DNA from: Pseudomonadota bacterium
GTDB lineage: Bacteria; UBA10199; 2-02-FULL-44-16; JBDRGF01
Direction: 5' to 3'
Assembly (NCBI GenBank): GCA_043818055.1
Contig: JBDRGF010000101.1
Location: 1 to 59,024 of the forward strand
Length of the DNA: 59,024 bases
In this document: in pieces, positions 20,039 through 30,158 of the stretch
Numbering within the stretch: the stretch's first letter is position 1
Layout of the letters: each line of letters begins with the position of its first letter
Position numbers and translations under genes: made by a program
The notes under the pieces: generated by a model
Told to the model about the DNA's origin: nothing
Databases searched by the model: none
Seen by the model: the letters and a program-made list of their open reading frames with translations, nothing else

Positions 20039-20516
20039 TACTGTTTATATAGCCATCGGTTCTAACTTAAGTGACAAAATTCAAAACTGTAAAAGCGCTA
20101 TCGATCTGCTTGAAAAATCCCCTTCGATAGAAGTTCTCGCAAAATCTTACCTATACCGATCAAAGGCTTTAACATGCGATGGGATAAAAAAACCGGATTA
20201 CGTCAACTGCGCCATAAAGATTTCAACATCCTTAAATCCGCTTGAGCTTCTCAAGTTAACGCAATTGTGTGAAGAAAAACTCGGGAGGAAGCCATCCGAT
20301 GTCAGATGGGAGAGCAGGATGATTGATCTCGATATACTCCTGTTCAACGACGATTGCATTTCGACAGATGTGCTAAAAATACCACACCCTGAGATGGATA
20401 AAAGATTATTTGTCATAAAGCCGATGTGTGATATAGCACATCCAGAGCTCGGCATCAGGTTAAGCGAGATTCTGAGTCGGCTTGAAAAAAGAGAGAGCAT
20501 AGAATGTTTAGATTAA
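20028..20516 (+). CDS. folK: 2-amino-4-hydroxy-6-hydroxymethyldihydropteridine diphosphokinase
   Basis: IAIGSNL, RMIDLDILL, IPHP. Confidence 0.93.
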   Translation: MKNNTVYIAIGSNLSDKIQNCKSAIDLLEKSPSIEVLAKSYLYRSKALTCDGIKKPDYVNCAIKISTSLNPLELLKLTQLCEEKLGRKPSDVRWESRMIDLDILLFNDDCISTDVLKIPHPEMDKRLFVIKPMCDIAHPELGIRLSEILSRLEKRESIECLD

Positions 20517-20710
20517 TATTATTGATACTGATTGCATACGTGTTTTATTCCCTCTGGCAGCGAGCTGGAAAGAGAGCGGAGACAAAAAAGAAGTTGCCGG
20601 GAGAGATGGTCGAGTGCGAATCGTGCGGAACATACACGGTCATCGAATCCGCATATAAAAGGGGTGGAAAGTATTATTGCACAAAGGATTGTAAAAAGGA
20701 GAAAAAATGA
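20504..20710 (+). CDS. small membrane-anchored Zn-binding protein (PP0621-like)
   Basis: N-terminal [11 protein letters not shown]...YYCTKDC. Confidence 0.7.
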   Translation: MFRLILLILIAYVFYSLWQRAGKRAETKKKLPGEMVECESCGTYTVIESAYKRGGKYYCTKDCKKEKK

Positions 20711-21357
20711 AAATTTTTATCGACACAGCTGACATCAATGAGATCAAAGAGGCAAACGCGATGGGCGTTATCGACGGTGTGACAACGAACCCAAGCCTCA
20801 TTGCCAAAACCGGGCGCGATTTTAAAAGTGTAGTCAAAGATATCGACAATGAAATAGATGGCCCTATAAGCCTCGAAACAACTGCGCTCGATGCTTCAGG
20901 CATGGTAAAAGAGGGGGAAGAACTCTCGAGGATGTCGAAAAACGCTGTAATCAAGATACCTACAACTACTGAAGGTCTCAAAGCGATCAAAGCCCTTACA
21001 AAAAAAGGTCTCAAAACGAACGCAACGCTCTGCTTCTCGTCGAATCAGGCGCTCCTTTTGGCAAAGGCTGGCGCTACCTACGTCAGTCCATTTGTTGGAA
21101 GGCTCGATGATATCACACACGTTGGAATGGATCTGATCGCTGATATCGTACAGATATTTGAGAACTACTCTTTTGAAACTGAAGTTTTAGTCGCATCCAT
21201 CAGAAATCCTCTGCACGTCCGCGAAGCTGCCCTTTTGGGAGCTGACGTCTCGACGATTCCATTCAGTGTGATAAAACAGCTGATCAAACATCCTTTGACA
21301 GATATCGGAATCGAGAAGTTTTTGGCGGATTGGAAGAAGGTGCCGAAAAATCCGTGA
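20707..21357 (+). CDS. tal: transaldolase (short TalC/Fsa-fold type)
   Basis: GVTTNPS, VIKIP Schiff-base Lys; Glu in GPISLE and Phe in SPFVGR favour transaldolase over F6P aldolase. Confidence 0.88.
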   Translation: MKIFIDTADINEIKEANAMGVIDGVTTNPSLIAKTGRDFKSVVKDIDNEIDGPISLETTALDASGMVKEGEELSRMSKNAVIKIPTTTEGLKAIKALTKKGLKTNATLCFSSNQALLLAKAGATYVSPFVGRLDDITHVGMDLIADIVQIFENYSFETEVLVASIRNPLHVREAALLGADVSTIPFSVIKQLIKHPLTDIGIEKFLADWKKVPKNP

Positions 21358-21383
21358 AGCGTGAAGCGTTAATCGTGAAGCGT
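21353..21383. repeat. heptamer array (CGTGAAG)
   Basis: cgtgaag cgtgaag cgttaat cgtgaag cgt, overlapping the tal stop. Confidence 0.7.
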
Positions 21384-21422
21384 CGGTGGAAAAGGCTATA
21401 TCACGTTATTATGGAGGAGATT

Positions 21423-21701
21423 ATGAGAAAAATTATCATTGTTTGTATGGTGATGACGATTGTTTTTTCGATGTTTTATGGTTTTGCTGAGGCGGGAAAA
21501 TATCCTCCCAGGAATCGTCCCCCGGTAGCCGTTATCAATCCCAAGTCAAGGCCGGCGGGATGGTGTGCTAATCACCCTAAAAAATGCAGCCGGATTAAAA
21601 CGGATACCAATAGATGCTGGGATTTAAATAACGATGGTTATCTCGATGACTATGAACTCTCCGAGAGAAACAAACATCCGAACAGATGTCCGGGGAAGTA
21701 A
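21423..21701 (+). CDS. small secreted Cys-containing protein with an EF-hand-like loop
   Basis: GGAGG RBS, signal peptide ending AEA, DLNNDGYLDDYE. Confidence 0.65.
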   Translation: MRKIIIVCMVMTIVFSMFYGFAEAGKYPPRNRPPVAVINPKSRPAGWCANHPKKCSRIKTDTNRCWDLNNDGYLDDYELSERNKHPNRCPGK

Positions 21702-21704
21702 AGC

Positions 21705-21787
21705 AGTGTAGAAGTGCGTAAGTGTTTAAGTTTTTCACATTGATGTTTTTAACTTCTACACTCAAACACTCCTACACTTAAGCACTT
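21705..21787. repeat. inverted octamer-array element
   Basis: agtgtagaagtgcgtaagtgtttaagt ... acttctacactcaaacactcctacacttaagcactt. Confidence 0.8.
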
Positions 21788-21790
21788 TCT

Positions 21791-22504
21791 TTATCTACAG
21801 GACTGACAGACATCGAACCAGTCTTCCGGGAGGGCGGCTTTTTTGCGGATGTAGTCGAGTTGCTTTTGGGGGGCTATCTTCACGCCACACTTCTTACAAT
21901 GGGCGTAATCAAATTCTACCTTCCACTGAGGAAATTTGCGGGCGTTTTCAGTCTCTTCAACCTTGATATAATTTGTAGGACAGACATAGGCACAGCTACC
22001 ACAACCTATACAATCCATAGCCTCCTCAGAAAAGGGAGATGAGACCTCTCTCAGAGGTCCTCGATCTGAAAATGATATGGCGGAAACTCCGACCACCTCT
22101 TCGCATGCGCGAATACAATTTCCACAGAGAATACATCCTTCGTCGCGCTTTTCAAAACGGGTCTTTTTGACACCGAGTTTCTTTGCCAGTTCGATGATCT
22201 CCGGGGTCTTGGATGAGCGCGCCAGAGTAAGTTCCATAAGCATCTTGCGCTGCCTAGTCGCTTTCTCGGATGTTGTCTTAAAAATCTGTCCCTCTTTGAC
22301 AGGAAAATTACACGACGTGACCATCTTCGACCAATCTCCCCTGTCCCACTCGACTATGCAAAGCCTGCACGCACCATATGGTTCAAGTTCATCGTTGTGG
22401 CAGAGGGTGGGAATAAAAATATCATTTCGGCGACAGACATCTAAAAGCGTCTCGCCGGCATTTGCTTCCACTTCTCTTCCATCTATAGTAATGTTAAATG
22501 GCAT
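21791..22504 (-). CDS. NuoG-N/HoxU-like Fe-S subunit (2Fe-2S + 2x4Fe-4S, no catalytic domain)
   Basis: IPTLC...GACRLC...TSC, CILCGNCIRAC, CIGCGSCAYVCP. Confidence 0.88.
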   Translation of the reverse strand: MPFNITIDGREVEANAGETLLDVCRRNDIFIPTLCHNDELEPYGACRLCIVEWDRGDWSKMVTSCNFPVKEGQIFKTTSEKATRQRKMLMELTLARSSKTPEIIELAKKLGVKKTRFEKRDEGCILCGNCIRACEEVVGVSAISFSDRGPLREVSSPFSEEAMDCIGCGSCAYVCPTNYIKVEETENARKFPQWKVEFDYAHCKKCGVKIAPQKQLDYIRKKAALPEDWFDVCQSCR

Positions 22505-22523
22505 TATAAACCTCCAATTGAAT

Positions 22524-22592
22524 CGCTATGAGCTATGTGCTTTGCGCCATGCGTTTTTAAAAGCGCAAAGCGCATAACCCATAGCGCATGGC
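22524..22592. repeat. inverted heptamer-array element (GCTATGC-type)
   Basis: cgctatgagctatgtgctttgcgccatgcg ... cgcaaagcgcataacccatagcgcatggc. Confidence 0.75.
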
Positions 22593-22605
22593 ATTCTTCT
22601 AAACA

Positions 22606-24453
22606 CTATTTAACTTCCACAGAATCAAATTTACATGCGTCAAGACAGACGCCGCATTTAATGCACTTGTCCTGATCGATGACATGTTTTCCCTTCGCTT
22701 CTCCTGCTATTGCGTTAACAGGACATTTCTTCGCGCAGACCCTACAGCCGATGCATTTATCCGTGATCGTATATGTGATCAGCTTCGTACAAACGCCGGC
22801 AGGACATCTTTTTTCTTTTATATGAGCATCATATTCATCCCTGAAATATTTCAAAGTGGAGAGAACCGGATTTGGCGCCGTTCCTCCCAGCGCGCAAAGT
22901 GATGAGTCGAGAATGGTTTCTGACATCTCTTCAAGAAGTTCGATATCGCCCTCTTTTCCCTCACCGGCACAGATCCTATCTAATATATGAAGCATCTGAT
23001 GAACGCCCTCTCTACACGGCGTACATTTTCCGCATGATTCCTCTGTTAAAAAATGTGTGAAATATCTGGCGACTTCGACCATGCAGTTTCTATCATCCAT
23101 CACGATCAGTCCGCCAGAACCCATCATCGAACCGGCCTTGGTCAGCTCATCGAAATCGACATGAAGATCCAGCATCGATTCCGGAAGGCATCCGCCTGAG
23201 GGGCCGCCTGTCTGTACCGCTTTGAATTTGCGTCCATTTGGAATGCCGCCGCCGATATCGAATATGATTTTTCTGAGCTTCATCCCCATCGGCGCTTCGA
23301 CAAGACCTGTATTTACAATCTTTCCGACGAGCGAGAATATTTTTGTTCCCTTGCTCCCCTCTGTTCCGATCTTCGCGTACCAGTCCGCACCCTTTTGAAT
23401 GATGAGAGGGACGTTAGCCCATGTCTCGACGTTATTGAGACAGGAGGGTTTGCCGTATAAACCGCTATCGACCGTATGAACGTATTTAGCTCTCGGTTCT
23501 CCCACCTTTCCTTCGAGGGATGCCATGAGAGCTGTAGATTCGCCACAGACGAAGGCTCCGCCCCCTCTGCTCACGATTATATCAAAATCAAAACCGGTTC
23601 CCAAAATGTTTGGTCCTAAGAGTCCCCTCTCACGAGCCTGTTTCAGCGCGATTCTCAAATTTTTGACTGCAAGGGGATACTCGTTTCTAACGTAGACGTA
23701 ACCTTTGTTGGAGCCGATTGCATAAGCTCCGACTATCATCCCTTCGATCACGCTGTGTGGATTTCCCTCGAGAAGCGAACGATCCATGTAGGCACCCGGA
23801 TCGCCTTCATCGGCGTTGCAGATGATGTACTTCGGTTCGGCTAAAGCCTTTCGACAGCTAGCCCACTTCCGACCGGTCAAAAATCCGCCTCCGCCACGAC
23901 CGCGCAAACCCGATTTTTTCACCTCTTCAACAATATCGTCGGGTTTCATGGAAAGGGCTTTGGGCAGCGAACTATAACCGCCGACAGCTATATAGTCCTC
24001 GATCGATTCCGGGCTCACCAGCTGGTTGTATCCGAAGATCAACCTGTTCTGTGATGAATAAAATGGGACATCCTTCTCATAGGGAATGGCCTTTTTATCA
24101 TTATCTTTATACACTAGTTTCTCTATGATCTCGTTTCCAAGGACTGTTTTATTGATGATGTCCTCAACATCGGAGGGATCAATCTTCTGATAGAAGATGC
24201 CCTTGGGGCTGATGAGCGCGAGCGGCCCTCTTTCGCAAAAGCCGTGACAGCCTGAAACTCTCAGTCGTATTTTATCACCGAGATTATTTTTCTTTATCGC
24301 CTCTTTAAACGCATCGATCACCTTTTCGCAGCCGTATCCGTGACAACCGGTACCGCCGCAGACAGTGATCGTCAGATGGTCTGCCGGACGCTCTAGTTTG
24401 AGCTTCGCAGCCAGTTGTTCCAAATCCTTTGCATTTTCAATTCTCTTAGACAC
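22606..24453 (-). CDS. NuoF/HydB-like FMN/NADH-binding subunit with extra ferredoxin domains
   Basis: GLRGRGGGGF, CNADEGDPGA, GGPSGG, ESCGKCTPCREG, N-terminal thioredoxin-like 2Fe-2S, C-terminal 2x4Fe-4S. Confidence 0.93.
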   Translation of the reverse strand: MSKRIENAKDLEQLAAKLKLERPADHLTITVCGGTGCHGYGCEKVIDAFKEAIKKNNLGDKIRLRVSGCHGFCERGPLALISPKGIFYQKIDPSDVEDIINKTVLGNEIIEKLVYKDNDKKAIPYEKDVPFYSSQNRLIFGYNQLVSPESIEDYIAVGGYSSLPKALSMKPDDIVEEVKKSGLRGRGGGGFLTGRKWASCRKALAEPKYIICNADEGDPGAYMDRSLLEGNPHSVIEGMIVGAYAIGSNKGYVYVRNEYPLAVKNLRIALKQARERGLLGPNILGTGFDFDIIVSRGGGAFVCGESTALMASLEGKVGEPRAKYVHTVDSGLYGKPSCLNNVETWANVPLIIQKGADWYAKIGTEGSKGTKIFSLVGKIVNTGLVEAPMGMKLRKIIFDIGGGIPNGRKFKAVQTGGPSGGCLPESMLDLHVDFDELTKAGSMMGSGGLIVMDDRNCMVEVARYFTHFLTEESCGKCTPCREGVHQMLHILDRICAGEGKEGDIELLEEMSETILDSSLCALGGTAPNPVLSTLKYFRDEYDAHIKEKRCPAGVCTKLITYTITDKCIGCRVCAKKCPVNAIAGEAKGKHVIDQDKCIKCGVCLDACKFDSVEVK

Positions 24454-24469
24454 GGCAATCTCCTATATT

Positions 24470-24564
24470 AGCTATAAGCTATAAGCTATAAGCTGTAAGC
24501 TATAAGTATTAAGCAAAAACAAAAATAGATTTTATCTTACCACTTACAACTTAAAGCTTATAAC
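24470..24564. repeat. inverted heptamer-array element (GCTATAA)
   Basis: About six gctataa-like units, then cttaccacttacaacttaaagcttataa. Confidence 0.8.
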
Positions 24565-25043
24565 TCGTTTTTACATTTACACTCTGTACACTTGTGCAAT
24601 TCCTTCGCGAGCTTGTTGGCACTATCACCATCCACTTTTCCGTGATACTCTCCATTGACTACGACGACCGGGCCCAAAGCGCATGCGCCGACACAGTTCA
24701 CAGTCTCGAGAGTAAACCTCATATCTTTAGATGTTTCACCAGCCTTGATGCCAAAATCGCGTTCCAGCTCCTCGAGCACCCTCTTTGCCCCGCGAACGTG
24801 ACAGGCGGTTCCCATGCATACCTGTATCTGCTTCTCTCCCCGCTCTTCAAGGCTGAAGGCCTTAAAAAATGTTGCGACTGAAAAGACCCTTGAAACAGGA
24901 ACTTTCAGTTTCTCGGCAACACGCTTCAACTGGGGTTCAGGGAGGTAACGATGCTCGGCCTGAATGTCCTGCAAAATTCCGATGAGGTGCCCCTGATCGT
25001 TGTCGTGCTCTTCAATAATTTTGTCTGTCTTTGAAAAATCCAT
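24558..25043 (-). CDS. NuoE/HydC-like 2Fe-2S subunit
   Basis: VCMGTACHVRG, VNCVGAC. Confidence 0.92.
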   Translation of the reverse strand: MDFSKTDKIIEEHDNDQGHLIGILQDIQAEHRYLPEPQLKRVAEKLKVPVSRVFSVATFFKAFSLEERGEKQIQVCMGTACHVRGAKRVLEELERDFGIKAGETSKDMRFTLETVNCVGACALGPVVVVNGEYHGKVDGDSANKLAKELHKCTECKCKNEL

Positions 25044-25045
25044 AT

Positions 25046-26002
25046 TTATTCCTCTATATGTATGAGCGTTGCTTTTTTCAAGCCGCACTTCTTACGAATG
25101 CGGTTGTATTCTTCTAAAACTCTCTTTTGAATAAATTTAATATCTTTGGGCTCAAGGTGACGAAATCGCCCCTGCACTTTAAAATAACCGTCGATCGGAA
25201 TAACCTCTTTGACATCTTCAGTCAGCGTGTATTCACCATCCTCCACTTCGAAAAGAGGAAAGATGCCGGTCTGAGTCGCCTGACGACTTATGCTCACTGC
25301 CCTGTCGGGTGTCATTCTCCAGCCTGTCGGGCAGGATGAATAGACATGGATATAAGCAGGGCCATGAACGGCGACTGCCTTCTTCACCTTCATCTCGAGA
25401 TCGACATGATAAGCGGGATTGGCTGTCGCAACATATGGCACGCGATGAGCAGCCACGATCTCCGTCATATTTTTCTTCCACGTGTGTTGTCCCTTGCTAT
25501 GGCTACCTGCAGGAGAGGTGGTCGTAGTCGCACCATATGGAGTAGAGCCTGAACGCTGAATTCCGGTGTTCATATATGCTTCGTTATCGAAACAGACATA
25601 CAACACATCGTGACCTCTCTCAAGCATGCCGGAGAGTGCCTGTAATCCAATATCAGCCGTTCCGCCATCTCCTCCGATTGCCACAACCTTCACCCTCTTA
25701 TCTGCGGGATATTTTCCCTTTCGCTGCATAGCCTTTATTCCGGCTTCTACACCGCTTGCTACTGCAGAAGCATTTTCAAACAGCGTGTGGATCCATGGAA
25801 CCTCCCAGCTCGTGTTGGGATAGTTCGACGCTATAATTTCCATGCAACCGGTCGCGTTGACCACGATCACATCTTTGCCAAGAGCTTTCACCACCTGCCT
25901 AACCGCTAAAGCCTCACCGCATCCGACACAGCCGCGGTGTCCCGCTGTGAATTTTTCGCTCTTATCTCCCAGCCTCGAGACATATACTGAATAGTTATTC
26001 AT
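25046..26002 (-). CDS. porB: pyruvate/2-oxoacid:ferredoxin oxidoreductase beta subunit
   Basis: GCVGCG, GGDGG...NEAYMNTG TPP motif. Confidence 0.92.
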   Translation of the reverse strand: MNNYSVYVSRLGDKSEKFTAGHRGCVGCGEALAVRQVVKALGKDVIVVNATGCMEIIASNYPNTSWEVPWIHTLFENASAVASGVEAGIKAMQRKGKYPADKRVKVVAIGGDGGTADIGLQALSGMLERGHDVLYVCFDNEAYMNTGIQRSGSTPYGATTTTSPAGSHSKGQHTWKKNMTEIVAAHRVPYVATANPAYHVDLEMKVKKAVAVHGPAYIHVYSSCPTGWRMTPDRAVSISRQATQTGIFPLFEVEDGEYTLTEDVKEVIPIDGYFKVQGRFRHLEPKDIKFIQKRVLEEYNRIRKKCGLKKATLIHIEE

Positions 26003-27171
26003 TCTCTTGCTCCATAAAATTTTATCTGATTATTCTGGCCATCGTCTGCGAGTTTTTCGCCGATTTTTATTATCTCCTCAAATTGTTCTGGAAGTATATC
26101 CCTTCCGCCAAGTCCTGCTATGATGCCCGATATCTTCGGACGATCAGCGAGATCATAAAGAGAGCTCTTGACCTCCGACATCACGGGTCCCATCGTACCG
26201 GAGGAAATGCAGCGATCGAGAACGATGAGTTTCTTCAAGCCCTTCACAGCCTTTTTCAATTCAGCATGCGGGAAGGGACGCCACAGACGCAGCTTGATGA
26301 GACCGACTTTCACCCCTTTGTCGCGGAGATTATCTACAGCCCACGACGCGGTCTGTGAATAGCTTCCCATCGTGAAGAGAGCAATTTCAGCATCCTCCAT
26401 GCGATAGGTCTCGACCGGATTATATTTTCTGCCGAAGATCTTTTCGAACTCGTTCCACGTCTCGAGAATGACAGGATATGTCGCCTCAAAATCTCTTTCC
26501 TGGGCCACCTTCGCCTCTGTGTAGATATTTGGCGGAGCAAATGAGCCCATGTTCACAGGTTTTCTCGGATCTAATGGAAGCGGATATTTGTTCGGCGGTA
26601 AAAATTTATCAACATCGGCCTGATCAGCAATCTCTATCGGCTCGACAACATGCGTGAGATGAAATCCGTCAAGATTGACCATGACAGGAAAAAGAACTCG
26701 TTTATCCTCAGCAACGCGAAACGCCCAGATGGTGAGATCGTGAGCCTCCTGTCCATCTTCGCAGAAAACCTGTATCCAGCCTGTGTCGCGAACAGCCATG
26801 ACATCAGAATGATCTCCCCAGACTGAAAGAGGAGCTGAGAGAGCTCGATTGGCAACTGCCATGACGATGGGAAAACGCATCGATGAAGCTATATAGACAA
26901 CCTCGTGCATGAGCTCCAATCCCTGACCCGCTGTAGCTGTGAAAGTTCTGGCTCCTGCAGCAGCGCTGCCAAGGCATGCACTCATCGCCGAATGTTCACT
27001 TTCGACACATATGTACTCGGCATCGAGCTCACCCTCTGCCACCATCTCAGATAAAGATTCGACTATATGCGTTTGCGGTGTGATCGGATAAGCCGCAACA
27101 ACGTCAGTTCTTGCTAGCTTTGCAGCTTCAGATACCGCCAGTGAAACTTCAATTCCTTTTCGTTTTCCCAT
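25999..27171 (-). CDS. porA: pyruvate/2-oxoacid:ferredoxin oxidoreductase alpha subunit
   Basis: YPITPQ, ESEHSAM, ANRALS. Confidence 0.92.
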   Translation of the reverse strand: MGKRKGIEVSLAVSEAAKLARTDVVAAYPITPQTHIVESLSEMVAEGELDAEYICVESEHSAMSACLGSAAAGARTFTATAGQGLELMHEVVYIASSMRFPIVMAVANRALSAPLSVWGDHSDVMAVRDTGWIQVFCEDGQEAHDLTIWAFRVAEDKRVLFPVMVNLDGFHLTHVVEPIEIADQADVDKFLPPNKYPLPLDPRKPVNMGSFAPPNIYTEAKVAQERDFEATYPVILETWNEFEKIFGRKYNPVETYRMEDAEIALFTMGSYSQTASWAVDNLRDKGVKVGLIKLRLWRPFPHAELKKAVKGLKKLIVLDRCISSGTMGPVMSEVKSSLYDLADRPKISGIIAGLGGRDILPEQFEEIIKIGEKLADDGQNNQIKFYGARE

Positions 27172-27181
27172 AATAAACCCT

Positions 27182-27233
27182 CGTGAAGCGTGAAGCGCAC
27201 AGACTTACCCTATACGCAAAACGCTATCCGCTA
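27182..27233. repeat. inverted heptamer element (xxxAGCG/CGCTxxx type)
   Basis: cgtgaagcgtgaagcgcacag ... ctatacgcaaaacgctatccgcta; contains the porD stop. Confidence 0.65.
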
Positions 27234-27545
27234 TTTGTTTTTTTCGTCTGCCTTTTTTGATTCTTCTGAGCCCTCTGGTACCATTTTGAAAGAGCCTGTC
27301 CAGCACTCCCTGGCACAAACGCCACAGCCTTTACAATAGTAGTAATCGACTTCGACATACCCATCTTTACAGAGCTTGATCGCCATATCCGGACAATAGA
27401 CATAGCAGGCGCCACATTTTATGCACTTATCCTTATCATAGATGGGACGCTGACTGCGCCAATCCCCGGTCTTGTATTCTTTAGCCTTTCCCGGCTCTGT
27501 TACGATCACGCCTTTTCCGATTGTCTTAGTAGTAATTTCTGCCAT
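27231..27545 (-). CDS. porD: 2-oxoacid:ferredoxin oxidoreductase delta subunit
   Basis: TGDWR, CIKCGACYVYCP, CKGCGVCAREC. Confidence 0.92.
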   Translation of the reverse strand: MAEITTKTIGKGVIVTEPGKAKEYKTGDWRSQRPIYDKDKCIKCGACYVYCPDMAIKLCKDGYVEVDYYYCKGCGVCARECWTGSFKMVPEGSEESKKADEKNK

Positions 27546-27568
27546 TTTTAACTCCATTCCTACAAGAA

Positions 27569-27608
27569 AGCGCATATAGCGGATAGCGGATAGAAAACCT
27601 ATTCGCTA
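27569..27608. repeat. inverted heptamer element (TAGCGGA)
   Basis: agcgcatatagcggatagcggatag aaaac ctattcgcta; contains the porC stop. Confidence 0.6.
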
Positions 27609-28150
27609 ATAGTCGTTTCCCTATACGCCCTCTCGAGTGCGTTGACGTTCCTTTCGGCAAGCTTTGGATTAAAACGAGCTTTGATCTGAGTTATAAGATC
27701 CTCAAATGGGACTAATTCACTCGCCTTAAGAAAGGCGCCGATGAGCGTAGTATTTGTGATAGGAACCTTGAGCTCCTCCATCGCAATGGTCAGTGCGTCG
27801 ATAACCGCAATCTTTCCCTTGTAGTCGAGTTTTTCCCGAACCTCTTTTTCGCTGAGCTTTGTATTGATGACGACGAGTCCGCCATCTTTAAGACCGCTTA
27901 AGACATCGACCACGTCGAGCAGGCTGTCATCGAGGATGACTACGATGTTGGGCTGCTTCACCTCCGCGCGTATCCGGATTTTTTCCTCAGAAACTCTTAG
28001 GAAGGCCTGTACCGGCGCCCCTCTTCGCTCCGGGCCAAAGGCCGGCATGGATTGAGCAAATTTTCCCTTATCGATTGCAGCCAGGGCGACTAATTCAGCT
28101 GATGTAACCGCCCCCTGACCACCCCGTCCATGAAATCTCACTTCGATCAT
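27599..28150 (-). CDS. porC: 2-oxoacid:ferredoxin oxidoreductase gamma subunit
   Basis: HGRGGQG, FGPERRGAP. Confidence 0.92.
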   Translation of the reverse strand: MIEVRFHGRGGQGAVTSAELVALAAIDKGKFAQSMPAFGPERRGAPVQAFLRVSEEKIRIRAEVKQPNIVVILDDSLLDVVDVLSGLKDGGLVVINTKLSEKEVREKLDYKGKIAVIDALTIAMEELKVPITNTTLIGAFLKASELVPFEDLITQIKARFNPKLAERNVNALERAYRETTISE

Positions 28151-28305
28151 ATTGAAGCCCTTCTTTTGATTGGCGTTTAGATATTAATATGCGGTTTACC
28201 GCGATATCCAAAAACGGCGAACAACATGTAATTTTTGAGCTTTTCTGTCAAGGAGAAATAGGAAAAACAGTGCTTAAGTTTTATTTGATAAAAAAATGCA
28301 TTTTT

Positions 28306-29973
28306 TCAAAAACAGCTGATCGTAGAAACATCTGTGAACTTGGCCATGCAGCGGAGCTTCTGGCCGTTTTCTACTACGGCGCGATGGGTGAGAACTTTGT
28401 CGAGCGGTGGATATGAGACCTGTACGACATATTCGCCCGATGTAACTTCGACGGGGCCAAAGGGTGTTTCGCTGTTGCTCGTCACTCCCTCAATACTCAC
28501 ATATCCCCACGGTTGGGCGTTGACGCTGATCGTTCCCTTGGCCGGCGATACAAGCATGAATGTCTTTTTAAATGTCGGCTTCGATCTTGATAGCGCGAAG
28601 CTCCCCGCAATCGGATTGTATTCGTCTTTTGTAATAGCATATTTCACATCCACTCTTTTAGAAAGATCGATATCACTCAGCACCATCGGCAGGATAAACC
28701 GGCGCGGCTCTCCGTTGATCGTCAGAAGACAAGTGGCGCCTGTTGGATTGCTGTTGATGACTATCTCGCCGAATTTTGACAACGGTTCACTAATTTTACT
28801 CGTTTCCCTTTTCTCTATCACTGCAGACGGGAGAGGCTTCTTCTCGACCTGTGGAGGAGGGGTCACCTTTTCTACCGGCACCTCTATCTTCTCAACCGGA
28901 GCCTCGACTGCTATTTTTTCTCTAATGGTGTCCCCCCACAGAAAATAGAAGATGATAAGAATGGGAATTAAAAAAATCAGGTGTTTAAATTTTGGAGATT
29001 TTTTTTCGGGGAGAATTCTCGTCGCCTTTGTGACATCTGCCGTCGGCAATTCGCGATCGTCCCCTCGCGGAAAATTCTGAAGAAGAAACTCTCCCAGCTG
29101 ATGGCTGATGATCGACAAACTATTTTCTCGCACAAAGATATCGATATCTTCGAGAAATGATAAGGCGGTCTGATATCGTTTTTCCTTATCCCCATCCAAT
29201 GATTTCATTACTATCGATTTCAGTCGGGCAGGAAGATCGTTCAATGCATCTTCGGAAATCTGTGCCCTTTCAACAGATTGCAGTACCTCATAATCGCTAT
29301 CACCCTCGAACAATCTCTCTCCTGTAAGCAGCTCATACAATATTATGCCCACCGAAAAAAGATCGCTCCTCGCATCAAGAAGCTGTGATCTCACCTGCTC
29401 TGGCGACATGTAAGAAAATCTTCCCTTGAGATGTCCCGTCACTGTTTGCGTCTCGCGATGTTTTCCCCTTGCGATGCCAAAGTCGGCGAGCTTTACTGCC
29501 CCTGCATTTGAGAGAAGGACATTGGGAGGTGAGATATCGCGATGAACCACATCCAGAGAGGAACCATCCTCATCCTTTAAGTTGTGGGCGTAATTGAGCG
29601 CCTCCAAAATTTTGTTCACTATATGCAGAGCGAACTTCTGTGGAAGTTTTTCGCCCTTATCCTTCAAGCAATAGAAAAGGCGTCCCAGATCGACGCCTTC
29701 AACATATTCCATCACGATGTAAGGGCTGATCTGATCCTTGGCCAGATCATAGACGCCGACGATATTGGGGTGGCGCAACTTAGTCAAAAGCCGCGCCTCT
29801 TCATTTAGCATCTGGGAGAGCTCTTCCCCGCTCCCTTTCAAACGTTTTAGGACAATCTTCTGGCTGAATCCCCCTTCCGCCTCGAGAAAAGCGAGATACA
29901 CCTCCGCCATCCCTCCCTCGCCAAGCTTGCGGGAAACTCTATAGCGCCCAATCATTTGTGGTTGAATTGCCAT
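28306..29973 (-). CDS. Hanks-type Ser/Thr protein kinase with TM segment and PEGA-like extracytoplasmic domains
   Basis: GEGGMAEVY, HRDISPPN, DFGIA, YMSPEQ; TM, Pro-rich linker, NSNPTGA and NAQPWG. Confidence 0.92.
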   Translation of the reverse strand: MAIQPQMIGRYRVSRKLGEGGMAEVYLAFLEAEGGFSQKIVLKRLKGSGEELSQMLNEEARLLTKLRHPNIVGVYDLAKDQISPYIVMEYVEGVDLGRLFYCLKDKGEKLPQKFALHIVNKILEALNYAHNLKDEDGSSLDVVHRDISPPNVLLSNAGAVKLADFGIARGKHRETQTVTGHLKGRFSYMSPEQVRSQLLDARSDLFSVGIILYELLTGERLFEGDSDYEVLQSVERAQISEDALNDLPARLKSIVMKSLDGDKEKRYQTALSFLEDIDIFVRENSLSIISHQLGEFLLQNFPRGDDRELPTADVTKATRILPEKKSPKFKHLIFLIPILIIFYFLWGDTIREKIAVEAPVEKIEVPVEKVTPPPQVEKKPLPSAVIEKRETSKISEPLSKFGEIVINSNPTGATCLLTINGEPRRFILPMVLSDIDLSKRVDVKYAITKDEYNPIAGSFALSRSKPTFKKTFMLVSPAKGTISVNAQPWGYVSIEGVTSNSETPFGPVEVTSGEYVVQVSYPPLDKVLTHRAVVENGQKLRCMAKFTDVSTISCF

Positions 29974-30080
29974 TAAATACCTATATAATGTTGGAAAATA
30001 ATCTACCAACAATATTGATGAGTTACAAGGTAAGAATTTATCACTAAACACTATACACTAATAACTTGTAACTGATTTAT

Positions 30081-30097
30081 TTGGCACGCCTCTTGCT
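30081..30097 (+). promoter_or_regulatory. sigma-54 -24/-12 promoter
   Basis: TTGGCACGCCTCTTGCT, about 60 bp upstream of the 30159 ATG. Confidence 0.8.
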
Positions 30098-30158
30098 TGG
30101 TATAGTAGTTGGTGAAATAGAAAAAAACAAGTGAGGGGAATAGCTAGGAGGCTACAAC

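Noticed and set aside
21791..25043. Respiratory complex I or a hydrogenase
   Set aside because: No membrane Nuo subunits, H-cluster motifs or NiFe large subunit in the window
28334..28948. 204-aa plus-strand ORF
   Set aside because: Antisense shadow of the kinase C-terminal region
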